Shown here piece by piece: positions 46,873 through 59,737 of a DNA stretch of 64,000 bases; the stretch's first letter is position 1, and every line of letters starts with the position of its first letter. Source of the stretch: Paraphysomonas bandaiensis. Its lineage: Eukaryota; Protista; Chrysophyceae. The position numbers and the translations under genes were made by a program. The notes under the pieces are model-generated. The model saw only the letters and a program-made list of their open reading frames with translations, had not been told where the DNA came from and did no database searches. The stretch covers positions 248,001 through 312,000 of the forward strand of contig CBFFRP010000410.1 of NCBI GenBank assembly GCA_965644295.1, read 5' to 3'.

Positions 46873-49716
46873 TTACGAATCTTGACGATATCCTTGCCAA
46901 TCATGAGGAGCGGTTCCACCATGTTCATCAATCACCTTAATTAAAAATTTTGATGGACCATCTTGAGCATTTGAGCTTCTCATTGTTTCATGAAAAATAT
47001 CCCGAGCCTTCTGCCAGTCCCCTTTGATATAAGCAGCCATACCTTCCTTCCACAAAGACCTAAATGCATCATTCACTAGGTGCCGCAACTTCATCAGATC
47101 TGCATCAGTCTCCCATACACTCTCTTTGTATGGTGGTATGACAACATTCGGTTTCTTGTCTTGCTCGCTCTCTTTTTCAGTCGCTTCAGCTTTTTCTTGG
47201 GCTTCTATATCTCGAGTACTTTTCCTTTTCTTAAGTTTTGGCCTGCCTTTGATATCTGAAGAGCTGGTCTGAGATGGAAGTCCTCCCACCAATGCAGGGG
47301 AAACAGTCAGTGATCCAGAAATAGCAACAGATTTTCTGCGAGCATCATGTAGAACCCTATTAGATGGACCCTCTTTAAGCTTTTGGTCTTCTGCAAACTC
47401 GTAATTTAAATCCGCATCGTAGGTAAATAGTCCAAACGGTTCTTCTGCGTCGTTGCGTTTAATACGGTCAACTTGACGGCAAAATTTATTAGCATGAGGT
47501 GACAGGAGTCGAAAGAATGCCTCAGACATCAACAGGGGAACACCATACGCTTTCGTCGATGACTCCAAGTATTCAGACATATTAACATGAGGAGACAAGT
47601 ACGATGCATCAATCTTCATATTGCTACCAATGGCCCCCTCAATAGCCCAACCAACGTGTAGTCCACTTCCAATTCTAACTTTATAACCTGGGAAGCGCTT
47701 ATATAACCTATTCGTGGCTGCAATTGAGAAGTTACATACAAAGTCTTGGTATCGACATAGCTCAATTAGAGCCTTGCAGAAGGCTAACAAAGCTTGGTCA
47801 GCTAGAAACGACACTTCTGATGGGCTGAATGACTCGTCAATTTTCCAGGTTAACAGAAAAGCGTCACCAATATTTTTATTCGCCGAGCCAGAGCACTGGA
47901 CAACAATACCATGTAATATATGTGCGATTCTGTTAACGAAAAGCATTACTTCTTCTTGAAGACACTCAGTTGTATCAGTGAAGTTTCTGACATCACAAAA
48001 TCCAAATATAGAATGTATCAAATTTCCCGACCCCATCAGATTTAACTTGTGATCTTCTGATTCCCCGAGATTTTTGGCAATGACACTCGCACCTGCTTCT
48101 CCAAAACCTACCCGCATTAGACCACCAATCTTAGTAATGGTTTGTAAGAGGAGAGTTGTCTCCATTCCTTCTAAAAATCCGTCATCCTCACCCAGCATTT
48201 TATACTCTACACCCAAAGGATTCTTTGATATTTGTTGTACGAGAGACACCATCTTCTCAATAGGAATAATAACCAGTCGATTGACGTCGCTAGAAAAGAA
48301 GTATGTACCAACCTACAAGCACATTAAACAACTACGACTATGATTAAAGAATACGTACCACTAATAGAAACAGAATGAATATTGTCATGTAAATACCAAA
48401 TTCTGCTGTGGACCTCGATGTATCCTGTTTATCAAATACACCAACAGTTTTCACTTTCATTACATCCCCAGAAGGAGTAACAGCTTTTCCAGTGAACTCA
48501 TATTCAACGAGCTCAGAGGACCTTAACGAATCAAGTCTCCCTTTCCTATGAATATACACATCGTCGTTGATAGAAAGCTTCACTACGTCGAGGTTCCTTT
48601 CCAAATTCGATATAGCAATTAAGAGTCCATCCTGTACAGAAGTTACGGATATCGGGACAAAAAATTCCACCAACATTATATTCTCCAGGGCTGGATGTAT
48701 TTTCTTTTGCCATGCGCTGAACCATTTGAGTTCCAAAACTTGGTGCAAAGTCAGAAGTTGAGTATGACATCAGGGGAATAGCGATCAACATAACCAGCAC
48801 TAGTACGATGACACTACAATAAACGAGTGATTCATAAGTTCCAAACCTCATGTACTCTACCGTCTTGTCGTCAAATCCGACATCGCAGCACCCACATGAC
48901 TCTCTGCTGCTAGATTGGAGAGGTCGACTTCAGTACTTTCTTCTCTCTTTTCAATTTTAGTTTCTCGTCTCGATTGAGCAACAACACCACTTTCAAAAGA
49001 TGTCGAGTGCATCAGGGCACTTTCGTCATTCTTCGCTTGCGTCTTAAAATACTTGTATAGTTTCACCATTCGAACAAGTCTCACAATTCGACCAGCGCGG
49101 GCACCTGCTCTAGATGCTCGGCCAGCTCTGGCGGACTTTAAGCTCGATTGATCATCAGTTTCCACAGCATCACCAATTATCCAATGAATCTAGGACAGAA
49201 AATAACGAATTTACGTGATAACATTGCAAAATATACCTCAAAAATTAATGATGCAGTGGCAATGCAGTCTAACCAGAAGTAAAAGCTTCCGATATTGCAC
49301 AGTCTATAAACGGCATCCATGAAACTTTCGTGTGGTTCTGGTGTAAGTTTCGGCAAATTTAAATATCCATCTTTGTAATAACTGGCGGCTATAATCTCAA
49401 TAAGAAATAAGAAAAATGCACAAGAAATGACTCCTTCAAATCCATCGTCTGCTTCCACATCTGTTGCAGCAAGTCTGATGTCGTCACTGAATAGTGCCCA
49501 TATAGTGAATAGCGACATCACAATCGTAACCGGCAAACTCTCAGCAACCATCTCAACAATCTCACGCAGATGCATTTGATGATATGCATCACTCTCACTT
49601 GCACTTAACTGCTTCTGTGTTTGTTGTTGTTGAGTTGGATTAGCTTCAGATATTCTCGGGCTCTCATCCTCATTCTTATGTTTAGGTGGGGTGACCTCAA
49701 TTCCTTCTTTGTCCAT
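46873..49716 (-). CDS. Voltage-sensor (ion-transport) domain - class III adenylate cyclase fusion (ACalpha-type)
   Basis: TM segments IWALFSDDIRL and FWLDCIATASL; S4-like ARAGRASRAGARAGRIVRLVRMVK; cyclase motifs FGFCDVRNFT, NKNIGDAFL and GLHVGWAIEGAIGS..KIDASYLSPHVN; C-terminal TPR-like YIKGDWQKA...DGPS..APHDWQGYR. Confidence 0.9.
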
Positions 49717-50100
49717 TAATACTATGATTCGCTCTTATATCAATACATGGATATGACCCTTCACTTATGCAAAGCTGTATCAATGTGTATGTATGTGTGA
49801 GTGTCTGTTAGTCTGTGAGTGTGTTAAGTGATCAGATTGATCTGCCTATACATACATATACATACATATACATACATACACATACATACACACATAGGCA
49901 TGTCTGTGTAACGCTTCAAATATGCTCGCCAATTCTCACTGTGTGCGCTGCATACTCCCGATATTCATATGAAATTGTTATTTTTCATCATATAAATACA
50001 GGAATTTTATATAAATCACGTATTTTTATAAGTACAGTGCTGAGATAAAAGCAATTAGTGGTACTTCTTTGGCCATGCTGGCCTTCATGTTCTGTACCAC

Positions 50101-50250
50101 TATGGCAGTACAAGTATGACAGTACAAGTATGACAGTACAAGTACTTTATGACAGGACAAGTATGGCAGTACAAGTATGACAGTACAAGTATGACAGTAC
50201 AAGTATGGCAGTACAAGTACTGCTGTATGACAGTACAGGTATGACAGTAC
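50101..50250. repeat. 14-bp minisatellite (TATGRCAGTACAAG)n, ~10 copies
   Basis: Directly visible tandem array between the divergent cyclase and ferredoxin genes. Confidence 0.92.
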
Positions 50251-50380
50251 GAGGAGAGGTGGAATGAATATGAGTGAGTGTGGTTTATGGCCCATTGGCA
50301 TGCAGCTGTACACCTCACCTCACCTCACACGCTTCTAGTTGTCACTCCATCTGTGTTTACATTACAATCAGAAAAGAAAA

Positions 50381-50927
50381 ATGAAATGCATCAGTTCATT
50401 AGCCAGGAGATGCATTCCTCGCCGATATAACCATCTGTCTGTAGGTGGGTCCTATGCGTATGTCTTGTATGTTTAGTCTTAAAGTGCTTTCAGGATCAGT
50501 TCGAAACATCAATCTCACATTTGTTGAGGGTGGCAGTGGAGACAAGATCCATGTTGAGGCGACGCCTGGACAGACAGTTCTAGATGTTGCTGTTGCACAC
50601 GACATTGACATTGAAGGTGTGCGATGCGATGTGTGTTATGACTGTGTTGAATATGTCCACAGGTGCATGCGGGGGTGAGATGGCATGTTCTACCTGCCAT
50701 GTGATATTACAGAAAGAATACTACGACAAACTTCCAGAGAAGTGCCTGGAGGAGGAAGACATGCTGGATCTAGCCTGGGGTGTCACAGATACGTATGTTT
50801 ACTAGCATGTTTAAGATTCGGAATTAACGAAGTGTGCAGGTCAAGACTTGGTTGCCAAATAAAATTGACTGAAGAATTTGAAGGTGCAGAGTTTACTATT
50901 CCGGCAGAAACTAATAGTATGCTGTAA
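50381..50927 (+). CDS. Mitochondrial adrenodoxin-type 2Fe-2S ferredoxin
   Basis: Arg-rich presequence; IEG|[28 protein letters not shown]|SRLGCQI; three introns. Confidence 0.93.
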
Positions 50928-51620
50928 ATCGCTATTGAGCATCAATTTAATAGCCATAGTTAATGTTTCTCTACATATGTAGCACCACGCCGACCCTTGC
51001 GCTCACTATAAGAATGATATAATCCTTGTATTGAATATTGTAGAAGCTATATTTTGTCGGACGGTCTTGGTGTTGGAAGCAGTTGTTGTTGCAGATGTTA
51101 TCATATTCATATACATACGCACCAACGAAATCTAAAATTAAAAACTTTTTCGATTCAATTGTAGTTGTAGTTAATGGTTAACCCTATAGATAATGCCCCT
51201 ACCATCCAAACTTCATTTAGTCATTTATTTTCTAAAACCTGCTGTGTGGCATATATGTGTTTCGTGGAATAATAATTGTAAAAGAAGCGAGGTTATGAAG
51301 ACTGCTCCTCAGGTAGCTAATGGGTCCATTAACCATTAAATCGAATCCCTAAAATCTAAACTATATTAAAATATTTTAAAAGTAATATAATTCATTTGTA
51401 TATAACATTTTAATATATTATTTGATATATATCTTTTATATATTATATAAAAGGGTTGAGGGCTTATAGTTACATAGTTACTCTTAAGTTTTCAGGAGCA
51501 AAAGCCTCGATTTTTCATCCACTGATGCAGACTATATATTATTACTCAGTATATATTGTTCTTCAGTATCGAATCGCTAGCAATGATCTATGAGACCAGA
51601 AAGTAATCTTAATGAACTAT

Positions 51621-54473
51621 CTACATTCCTGGTAATCGTTGTGGTAAATTGAGAACATTACGTTCTTCATACATTCCAAACACCCCAGTCGGCTGGATGG
51701 ACACGATATGCTGATCAATAGGGTGATAAAACTTAAGTTGCTGTTCTAAGTAGAACTGAATGCGCCGACTAACCATTATACACGGTATGTTTATCAGAGG
51801 CTCTTCATCTGGGAGTGCCATGAGTCGCATCGTTTTCTTGTCATCCGTGTTGACTATTATAACAGCTTTTGCACCTAATTTTTGAGCATTAATGACTTTG
51901 ATACCGAAAGAGCATCCTCCTCCGCGAAGAATGGCTACAATTGTTCCAGATATGCGAACTTCGTATGCACTCGGATCACAACCTGCGAACATATGAGAAA
52001 AACGTTAACATAAATTACCACGGACCGTGAGGAGGAATCGCCATCTGCAGTCTATGAGGGCCTAAAGGTACTTCTTCTGGCCCAAATAGAGCCAAATGAT
52101 AATCAAAAAATGCCCAACCATTCTTCCCTGATATGGCAATTCTTCCACCCTCTTCGGCTCTCCCACGTAAGTTATCCCGTGAAGGCGATGGAAAACTGAT
52201 GACATCTTGTGGCTTCACATGAGGAACTAAAAAACAGGTACGTAAAGCACGCACAGGGTAATATTTTCAATTCAAGAATGGCAATATAGAATATACAAGG
52301 TCATCACCTCCTCCATAGGCATAACTCATCCATTTATGACATCTCAAACAATAACAAAAACGATAGGTAAATCCACTCACCAGAATGTGCCCACTTATCC
52401 AGTACATCTTCAGCCAGTGTAACAAGTCGAGTACATGACGGAGAAACACCGTATTGAGGATCGGACACTACAGCTAACACTTCGTTTTGCATTCCGGCTA
52501 TATGCAACAAGTCACCATCTTTTTGTTTAATTATACCTAATGGCACAGAACAGGTTGTTGTGTTTTCTTTTCCCGCAGGAATATCGATCATTGTGTCGTC
52601 GGTATTTATTATGACACCCAGGTCCGCTCCACCCGACACGAGTCCTTTGGCCTTATCAACAAATGTACAACTTCCACGTTTCATTAAAGATAAACTCTTA
52701 CTCTTTAAACCTATGTTCCTTTCTGCTGCCTCTCGAGAAAGCAGCACTTGCATCGGATACATTCGTTCAATTTCTTCTGAAACCTGACCCCGCGAATTTA
52801 GTATTTCTATTGACTCAGAGGGTACATTGTGTTGTCCGCTCGTAACTGAACAACCGAATACATCGTTGGGTGGGGTTCTGAGCTGATAAAAGGTACAGGC
52901 GTCTTCATGTATTATATCGAGTTTTGGAGTCCACTCTGCCAGGCGCACTTCAATCTCAGCAGTAAATGTCGGTGGGTATATGATAGTCATATTGAAAGTA
53001 CGTTTCATTGCAGATTCTAATTCCAATCGCTTGACATCAACCTTTGGTGGTGCTGTTTCAAAAACTAAAACGATCGGCCATGGCAAACTTTGAAGGATTC
53101 TGGTAGTAACCTTTGGAGGGGCTGTTGTCGTGTTTATTTCATTTATAGCCACCAATCTATCACCCTTCTGGACATCTGACTGCTGTGCTTGCATATTAGG
53201 CAATACGGATTCCACAATTGATGCAGATGGTTGCTTGTTGTCAAAAGCAACGCCAATAGGACCAGTTCGGAAGCGAACAGAATACATAAACGAGGTGGGG
53301 GATGTGCGCCTTTTCTTCTCGCGCTCATGTGCCATATTCCCAGGTATTTTTCCAGCCAAATAAGGCTCCGGATACACACCATCTGGGCCATAAAGTGATC
53401 GCAAATCGTTGTCCTTTTCTTTTTCCGCAGTACTCTGCCCTTTGGATGAAGCTGCGGCGTCAGGTGATTCACTATTGCTATCTTTCTTCGCTTTCCCTTC
53501 CCCTGGTTTGGGTTTTCCCGGCTTCTTTTTTCGTATTCCAGGCTTCGGTTTTTTCTCTGCCTTTGTTTCACGGTTTTCATTTGTATCAGCCGCTCTTTCG
53601 TTATTTTCAGCTGTCGTACTACGTCTTAATTGGGCAGAACCACTATCAACATCAATAAATGTATCCTCTTCTGGTGGTGGCTTTGGAACATCTGGATTCA
53701 CTTCGACCTGCACTTTTTTTCCTTTTTTCTGGAAGTTAGTATTTTTATGCTTCTGGGCCTCCGCTATTCCACTTAGTCCTAGTCTCTCACTCTTGTATAA
53801 CTGGCAATACGATCCTGTTTGATTTTGTCCACAAACACATTCACCTTTAAAAGAACAAGTTCCGTTAAAGTTATAGCAATCTCTGGAGGTAATGCATTTC
53901 CCACCACCATGTGGTGGAGGTACGTACTCGTCAGCATTTGTTTGCATTTCACCGTTTTGTCCAATTACAATATTTCCAACCGTAAGAAGCGGTTCAGGAC
54001 CACCTTCTTCCATATCGTACTCGATCTCACCTCTTCTCATAGATAACTTACGAGGAATTACTGATTGAATCATGACAAACCCAAGCAGTCGCTGGCCACC
54101 GTACTTCACATCCTCGTCATCCACAATGGGAACAACGGTTTCACGAATGCCAGACTCTAAAAAATCTTGTAAATTACCTGAATGATATATTACACGTCAA
54201 TAAAATTATCTCGAAACATGTACCAGTTAACAGCTTTATATTATCAGCGTGTGTGATGTAGTCGTCTGGTCTTAAGTCAGCCCCTTTACCCGAATACGTC
54301 ACACTGTATTCTCCGAACTGAGTCATTCCAATATACAGATCGCTTTGAATCACTTCATGCATTGGAATCTGAAAGTATTTAGCTCCTCGTGACTCTTCTG
54401 CTCGCTGTGCTGCATACGTATACGAGCAGTGCATACATACGACAGCCATCACAATATTAACAAACAGACTCAT
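51621..54473 (-). CDS. Secreted EGF-like + PDZ + two PA-domain protein
   Basis: Signal-like N-terminus; EGF CITSRDCYNFNGTC..CVCGQNQTGSYC; PDZ GPIGVAF...VQKGDRLVAINEI; PA motifs KRGSCTFVDKA and RGGGCSFGIKVINAQKLGAKAVIIVN. Confidence 0.8.
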
Positions 54474-54991
54474 TATGACTGATATCACTTCTATTGGATT
54501 GTGTGTATCATGACATATGCAGGGAATATCAATAAGAGAAGCCGCTGAGGGGTTATGTTGCTCCTGCAGTTATGTATATCTAACTGAACTTTAATATCAT
54601 CAAGAACACTGCGGCTCACAGCATCTCGCTCGATCTGCACTGTGCTGCTGTACATCTCCCGCATCTACTGTGAACTACTGTTGTATACGGCTGCTGTACC
54701 TGTGTACTGTACGTAGACATACAGTAGCAGCATGGCTGGGGTTTGTCAAAAACCCAGGATTTCTACACTTGTCGATTGAAACGTAATTTTACGTTAAAAT
54801 ACTCCCATTTTTCCTATGACTACGTACCTATATACTGCTGTATACACTGTAAGGAGATGTGACTGTGTTGTGATAACAATCATTTTTTAAATGGATCACT
54901 GAGCACTGAGCAACTGTTCGATATCAATGAACAGAGTCAAGAACTGAACCTGCTTAGGCTACTCGAGTATCTTTCACCCACACTCGTCCCC

Positions 54992-57264
54992 ATGCAGAAC
55001 GATAATGTCAGTGTGGATTTCTGGACCGAGCAACTGCGCCTTCATATTCCCGATATGTTCATCTCATCAGATGAAGCTCGCAGGAATGATATATATCAAC
55101 TATCACTACCAGAGTGCCTTCGGAGTATTGTGTTACCCAAATGGGGACCTCAGTTAAAATATGTGATATGTTATGGTGTTGAAAGGTGTTACGAGGCATG
55201 GACTAATGACGAGACGCATAGTTTAGATGACCTGAAAATATTAAGAGACTGTGGCCTACAGATTATATATGAGGATGATATTCTGGATCTATTAAGGATA
55301 AAAGTCGAGGAGCATGTATCCCAGACAGTACGTGGAGTATATGATCGTCCAGTGCTACCTGATATTCTAGATTTCATTAAGACCCGAATTTTGAGGTTTG
55401 CGGAAAACATCTTCACTAGCCAGAAATTAAGTGAAATCCAACTAATGTTTCAGTCTTTCGCGAATGACACTTTGTCATGCCACCGTGCAAACGAACTGTT
55501 TGACATCGTGACCGATTTCCCGGATAGTTCTGCGGCAGTAGTGGAGTTGCGAAATATATGTGACGGTGAATACTCGTTTAAAAGACTGGGGCGAAGATTT
55601 CGAAGCGACTTAAAACGACGTCTACTTCATACTGGGGCATCCACCCATAATATAATATATTTATACGTCTCAATGATACGATCATTGCGACTATTAGACC
55701 CTTCGAATATTTTGTTAAACTACGTTGCGAAGCCTGTGAGGAAGTATCTCATGAGTAGAAAAGATACAATTAGATGTATAGTGTCATCACTCACTGGTAG
55801 AGAAGATTTGCACAACGAACTGCGTGCTGGAGGCTCACTGGAGTATGGCTTAGACTCTGATGATGAGTTTGACGGTGTTAGTTTAACATGGAGTCCGCCG
55901 AAGAGGGCACTGGGATTTCCTGGAGCCGGTAGTCAAGACAAAGATGTGTTGGCTTTGCTCGTGTCGATATATGGCTCAACGGACCTCTTTGTTAATGAAT
56001 ATCGATCGGTTTTAGCTGACAGGCTGCTGCAAAATCATGACTACGCCATTGATAATGAAGTTGCGACTTTAGAACTCTTAAAAATTAGGTGAGTAGCCTG
56101 CGCAGCTTTAACGTTGTTTTTTAATATTTGATAGGTTTGGCGAAGACTCTCTTCATAGCTGTGAAGTAATGCTTCATGACGTTGACTCTTCGAAGAGGCT
56201 AAATATTGCTAAAGTAATGTTATCGCGTTTGAAATTAAGTCCGAATTTTTTGTTGACTTTTTTTCGTAGGATAGCGTTGGTGTGGTGGATTGTACGGTTA
56301 TTTCGGACTCGTATTGGCCGTCTTTGCAATGTGAAGAATTCAATCATCACCCACAGGCGGCCACGTTGCTATCTTCATTTGTAGAAGACTTTGCTGTTAA
56401 GAAAAAACCTAAGCGCCTGCAGATGGTTCCTCAACTTGGTATTTATGTTTTTCATTATTTGTATTGAATTCTAATGTCAGCGTAGGGCAAGTAACCATTG
56501 AACTGGATTTTGACGGTTGTATCAAAGAGTTCAACGTTAATCCATTGCAGGTCAAAGACCCGTTGTTTTTTTTTTTGCGGAACATAATCATTTTAATGTT
56601 GTGTAGGCGACATTGATTCTGCACATCGCTGATGAATCCAGTGTTTCATTACCCAAACTTGCAGCATTGTGCGATGTATCTGAAGCCGATGTGCAAAGAA
56701 AAATGACGTACTGGATATCTCGCGGAGTTGTACGTGAAACCCATATAACATCCCAAAATGGTGAAGGTGGAGTTTCATGTAACTCCCAAACGATAGTCTA
56801 TGAGGTCATTGCTGATCAGAATCGTGCAAATGATAGTGATAATGGGGAATCCTTGGCTGGTGTTCACTTTGAAGCTGCAGACAATGATGTGAGTTGATAT
56901 GTGACAATCGTAGTTAATAATAGTTTGTGGTAGGATATATTTATGAACAGTGGTTTATCATCAGAAGCACAAGAGAGTGCCACGTCATCTGTTTACGAAG
57001 CATACATCAAAGGTGATACATGTATTAAGACTGCGATTTTGTAATAACTGTGTGATAGGTATGCTACTCAGTCAAGAGAGTATGCACCTGGAACGCATTC
57101 ACGGTATGCTGAAATTGATCGTGTCTGGAAATTCTGATGGCAGTAGATTCGACATGACGATAGTTCAACTACGAAAGTTTCTGCAGACTATGGTTACGGC
57201 TGGATCATTAGAAATGGTTGATGGGTTATATCGAGTACGACAGAGTTCAAGTGGAAAATCTTAG
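54992..57264 (+). CDS. APC2: Anaphase-promoting complex subunit 2 (cullin-like)
   Basis: ELFDIVTDFPDS, RRLLHTGAST, YLMSRKDTIRCIV, LVSIYGSTDLFVNEYRSVLADRLL, LELLKIR|FGE..CEVMLHD, and a C-terminal winged helix (GML...LERIHGMLK). The frame is open upstream to ~54863, so the true start may be earlier. Confidence 0.93.
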
Positions 57265-57719
57265 CCGTAACTATGTTATGTAGTTGATAATGATCATGGG
57301 CAATACCTGTTGAGTTGATTTTGCTGTCATTGTGATTAATAATAAAAGTGCTTGATGTATTCCTTCAATTTACTGGTCAACATTCAAATACAAATGGGAA
57401 ATTACAATTTCAAGATTGCGTCTGTTGTGATGCTGCAATTAGTCGCTAGAATGATTACATTGTACATCGCGCTAATAATCTTATTTGTGACAAGTATATG
57501 TATGGGAAAATACACTCAAAGTGGGAAACAATATGCAGTCGCAGCAAATAGTATGATGTAACTAACTAAAGGTATACACATCCAGTAACCCAGAAAATAT
57601 GTCGCCATAATTTGAAGAGTTCGCCATTTATATCATTATATTATTATTATATTCATTACGTGCTTCAGAATTAACTGATAATCTCAGATACTAACTTTAA
57701 TACATATAAGACTACATGT

Positions 57720-58042
57720 TTACAGTTTTTTATTGCATTTCCGAATCCGCCGCACAGTTTTTTGCGATCTCCGCTTTCCTTCATGAGAAAGTGCTTTTAT
57801 CTCATCTAAACGCTGTTCATTTTGCTTCTGTTTAACGAATCGCGCAGCCTCTGTAAGATAAGAATTACTCATGATATGCTCACAATGACATACAGAATAT
57901 CACCTAGATAACTGCCGCTCTCATCACAAGCCTTCCTCTTCTTCTTCTTAACTTTATGTTCCTGTCTATCTGATTTCTCTGCTTGGGAACTTATAGTGCT
58001 CTTCATGCGGGCAAGATGTTGCTTCAGACAGTCTAAACTCAT
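57720..58042 (-). CDS. Small (89 aa) basic two-exon protein, missed by the ORF track
   Basis: ATG at 58042, GT-AG intron 57903-57851, stop at 57722-57720; total 270 nt in frame: MSLDCLKQHLARMKS...KVKKKKRK...RRSQKTVRRIRKCNKKL. Confidence 0.55.
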
Positions 58043-58307
58043 GGTAGTAATTCAATACTATACCTCAGTCACTAATATGCAGATGTTGTGTTGGTAATGC
58101 TGTCAAAGGGCTGGGGCCACATCAGATGGTCGTCTCTGTTGGCTGCCATTAACAATATTGGAAGGGCCGATTGTAGAGGTCACCAAAACACCAGATTTTT
58201 ATATTTTCCCACTAATAATGCCGCTTTTTGAACTCTATGTGATAGAAAGTACAATTATACAGTGCACTCACAGAGAATACGAGAGTACGGACGTATGGGC
58301 AGTCAGC

Positions 58308-58436
58308 ATCTTAGTTTTCGGAAATAAATTGAAGCAATAATACTCCATATTACTGCTATACAACTACGTCTTGAATACAGATAATTATTGTCTCAATATT
58401 AGAGGCATCTTGGAACTAAAATACACAAAGGATGCC
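58308..58436 (+). repeat. Dispersed ~130-bp repeat, copy 2 (copy 1 at 12917-13045)
   Basis: Direct alignment by eye with 12917-13045. Confidence 0.85.
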
Positions 58437-58648
58437 CATACGGAGTACAGACAATACAGCAGCACATAAGTACGAGGACTGGACATCATCTATTACATGG
58501 TTCACATGTCAGCAAGATGCTCTGCAATTCTTCTTCATACAGTGTTTAAGAGAGTCTTTCAGTGTTCTAATGCTTTCATTCCCTCGACGACAGCTTTTGT
58601 CTCTAGTTGGGTCTAACAGATATCACCACATTGCTGTGTGTCACTGCT

Positions 58649-59737
58649 GCTAGTGAAAGCCGTGGGCTTTTATAACACCCTTTGACACGTTTATGACATC
58701 GCTATAATGTGATAACTAACGATATATAATATGCAGATATGTAGGATGAGTACCCGGTTTAATGCTAACGAATGTAGTGGGTTTAGATTATTATTAAGAG
58801 AAAAGACTACAGACCGCTAGATGACTAGGATTTACCCTCAAACACACGATATTCATGGTCCACCCATCTCATTATCGATTTCGCAGGTCGGTGCACAATT
58901 TGATAAGGGGCCTTAGGTCTGAGGTGTAAGGATGGCATGGGTGATATTTTGGACAAGTATGAATGTGTAACATTCGCTGCGAATATTGTGCACAGTTGAT
59001 ATGTATTAATGCATTTAACGGTTGGAATGAGATTCACGGCAATGCAATCTCATTCCAACCGTTAAATGCATTAATACATATCAACTGTGCACAGCGAATG
59101 TTACACATTCATACTTGTACCAAAATATCACCCATGCCATCCTTACACCTCAGTTTAATATTGAAAGTCTTATTATTAGCAATAGGCATTAAAAACCTGC
59201 ACCAAATTAGTAGCTAGATGAATGCTAGACAAACTAGTTAGACCTCTACCTGTAACTAATCAGGTGCGGAAGCTGCTTATGCGTCGCCGCAAGCACCAAG
59301 GTGCGACCACTTCCGCTATGAGCTATGAGTGGGAAGAAGAATATCTGCTGACTATGTTTGCGGCTCACGTTAGTTTTCCAGAGAGAATCTCTCCAGTACT
59401 TATCCCCCAGAACACCACGAAAAGGTGTGAGTCTGACTTTGTTGATGGAGCCTCAGTCCTAATGCCCCTTATCAAATTGTGCACCGACCTGAGAAAATCG
59501 ATGGTGAGATGGGTGACCATGAATATCGTGTGTTTGAGGGTAAATCCTAGTCATCTAGCGGTCTGTAGTCTTTTCTTTTCTCTTAATAATAATCTAAACC
59601 TACTACATTCGTTTGCATTAAACCGGCTACTCATCCTACATATCTACATATTATATATATATATCGTTAGTTATCATATTATAGTGATGTCATAAACGTG
59701 TCAAAGGGTGTTATAAAAGCCCACGGCTTTCACTAGC
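58649..59737. repeat. ~1.1-kb fold-back inverted repeat (arms ~390 bp, 11-nt loop), right arm interrupted by an insertion
   Basis: 58649-59034 is the reverse complement of 59046-59154 plus 59451-59737; loop CACGGCAATGC at 59035-59045. Confidence 0.95.
59155..59450. mobile_element. 296-bp non-autonomous insertion with 7-bp TSD (CCTCAGT)
   Basis: CCTCAGT at both 59148-59154 and 59451-59457; the insertion is absent from the mirror arm; homologous pieces at 44335-44555 and 45664-45770. Confidence 0.85.

Noticed and set aside
50026-50318. Cys/His-repeat ORFs (YCHTCT)
   Set aside because: Translations of the 14-bp minisatellite.
59222-59695. 157-aa ORF
   Set aside because: Chance read-through across the insertion/palindrome junction.
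59715-59737. Helitron 3' end (hairpin + CTAG)
   Set aside because: The hairpin is only 2 nt from CTAG, CTAG is followed by C rather than T, and it occurs at both ends of a palindrome.
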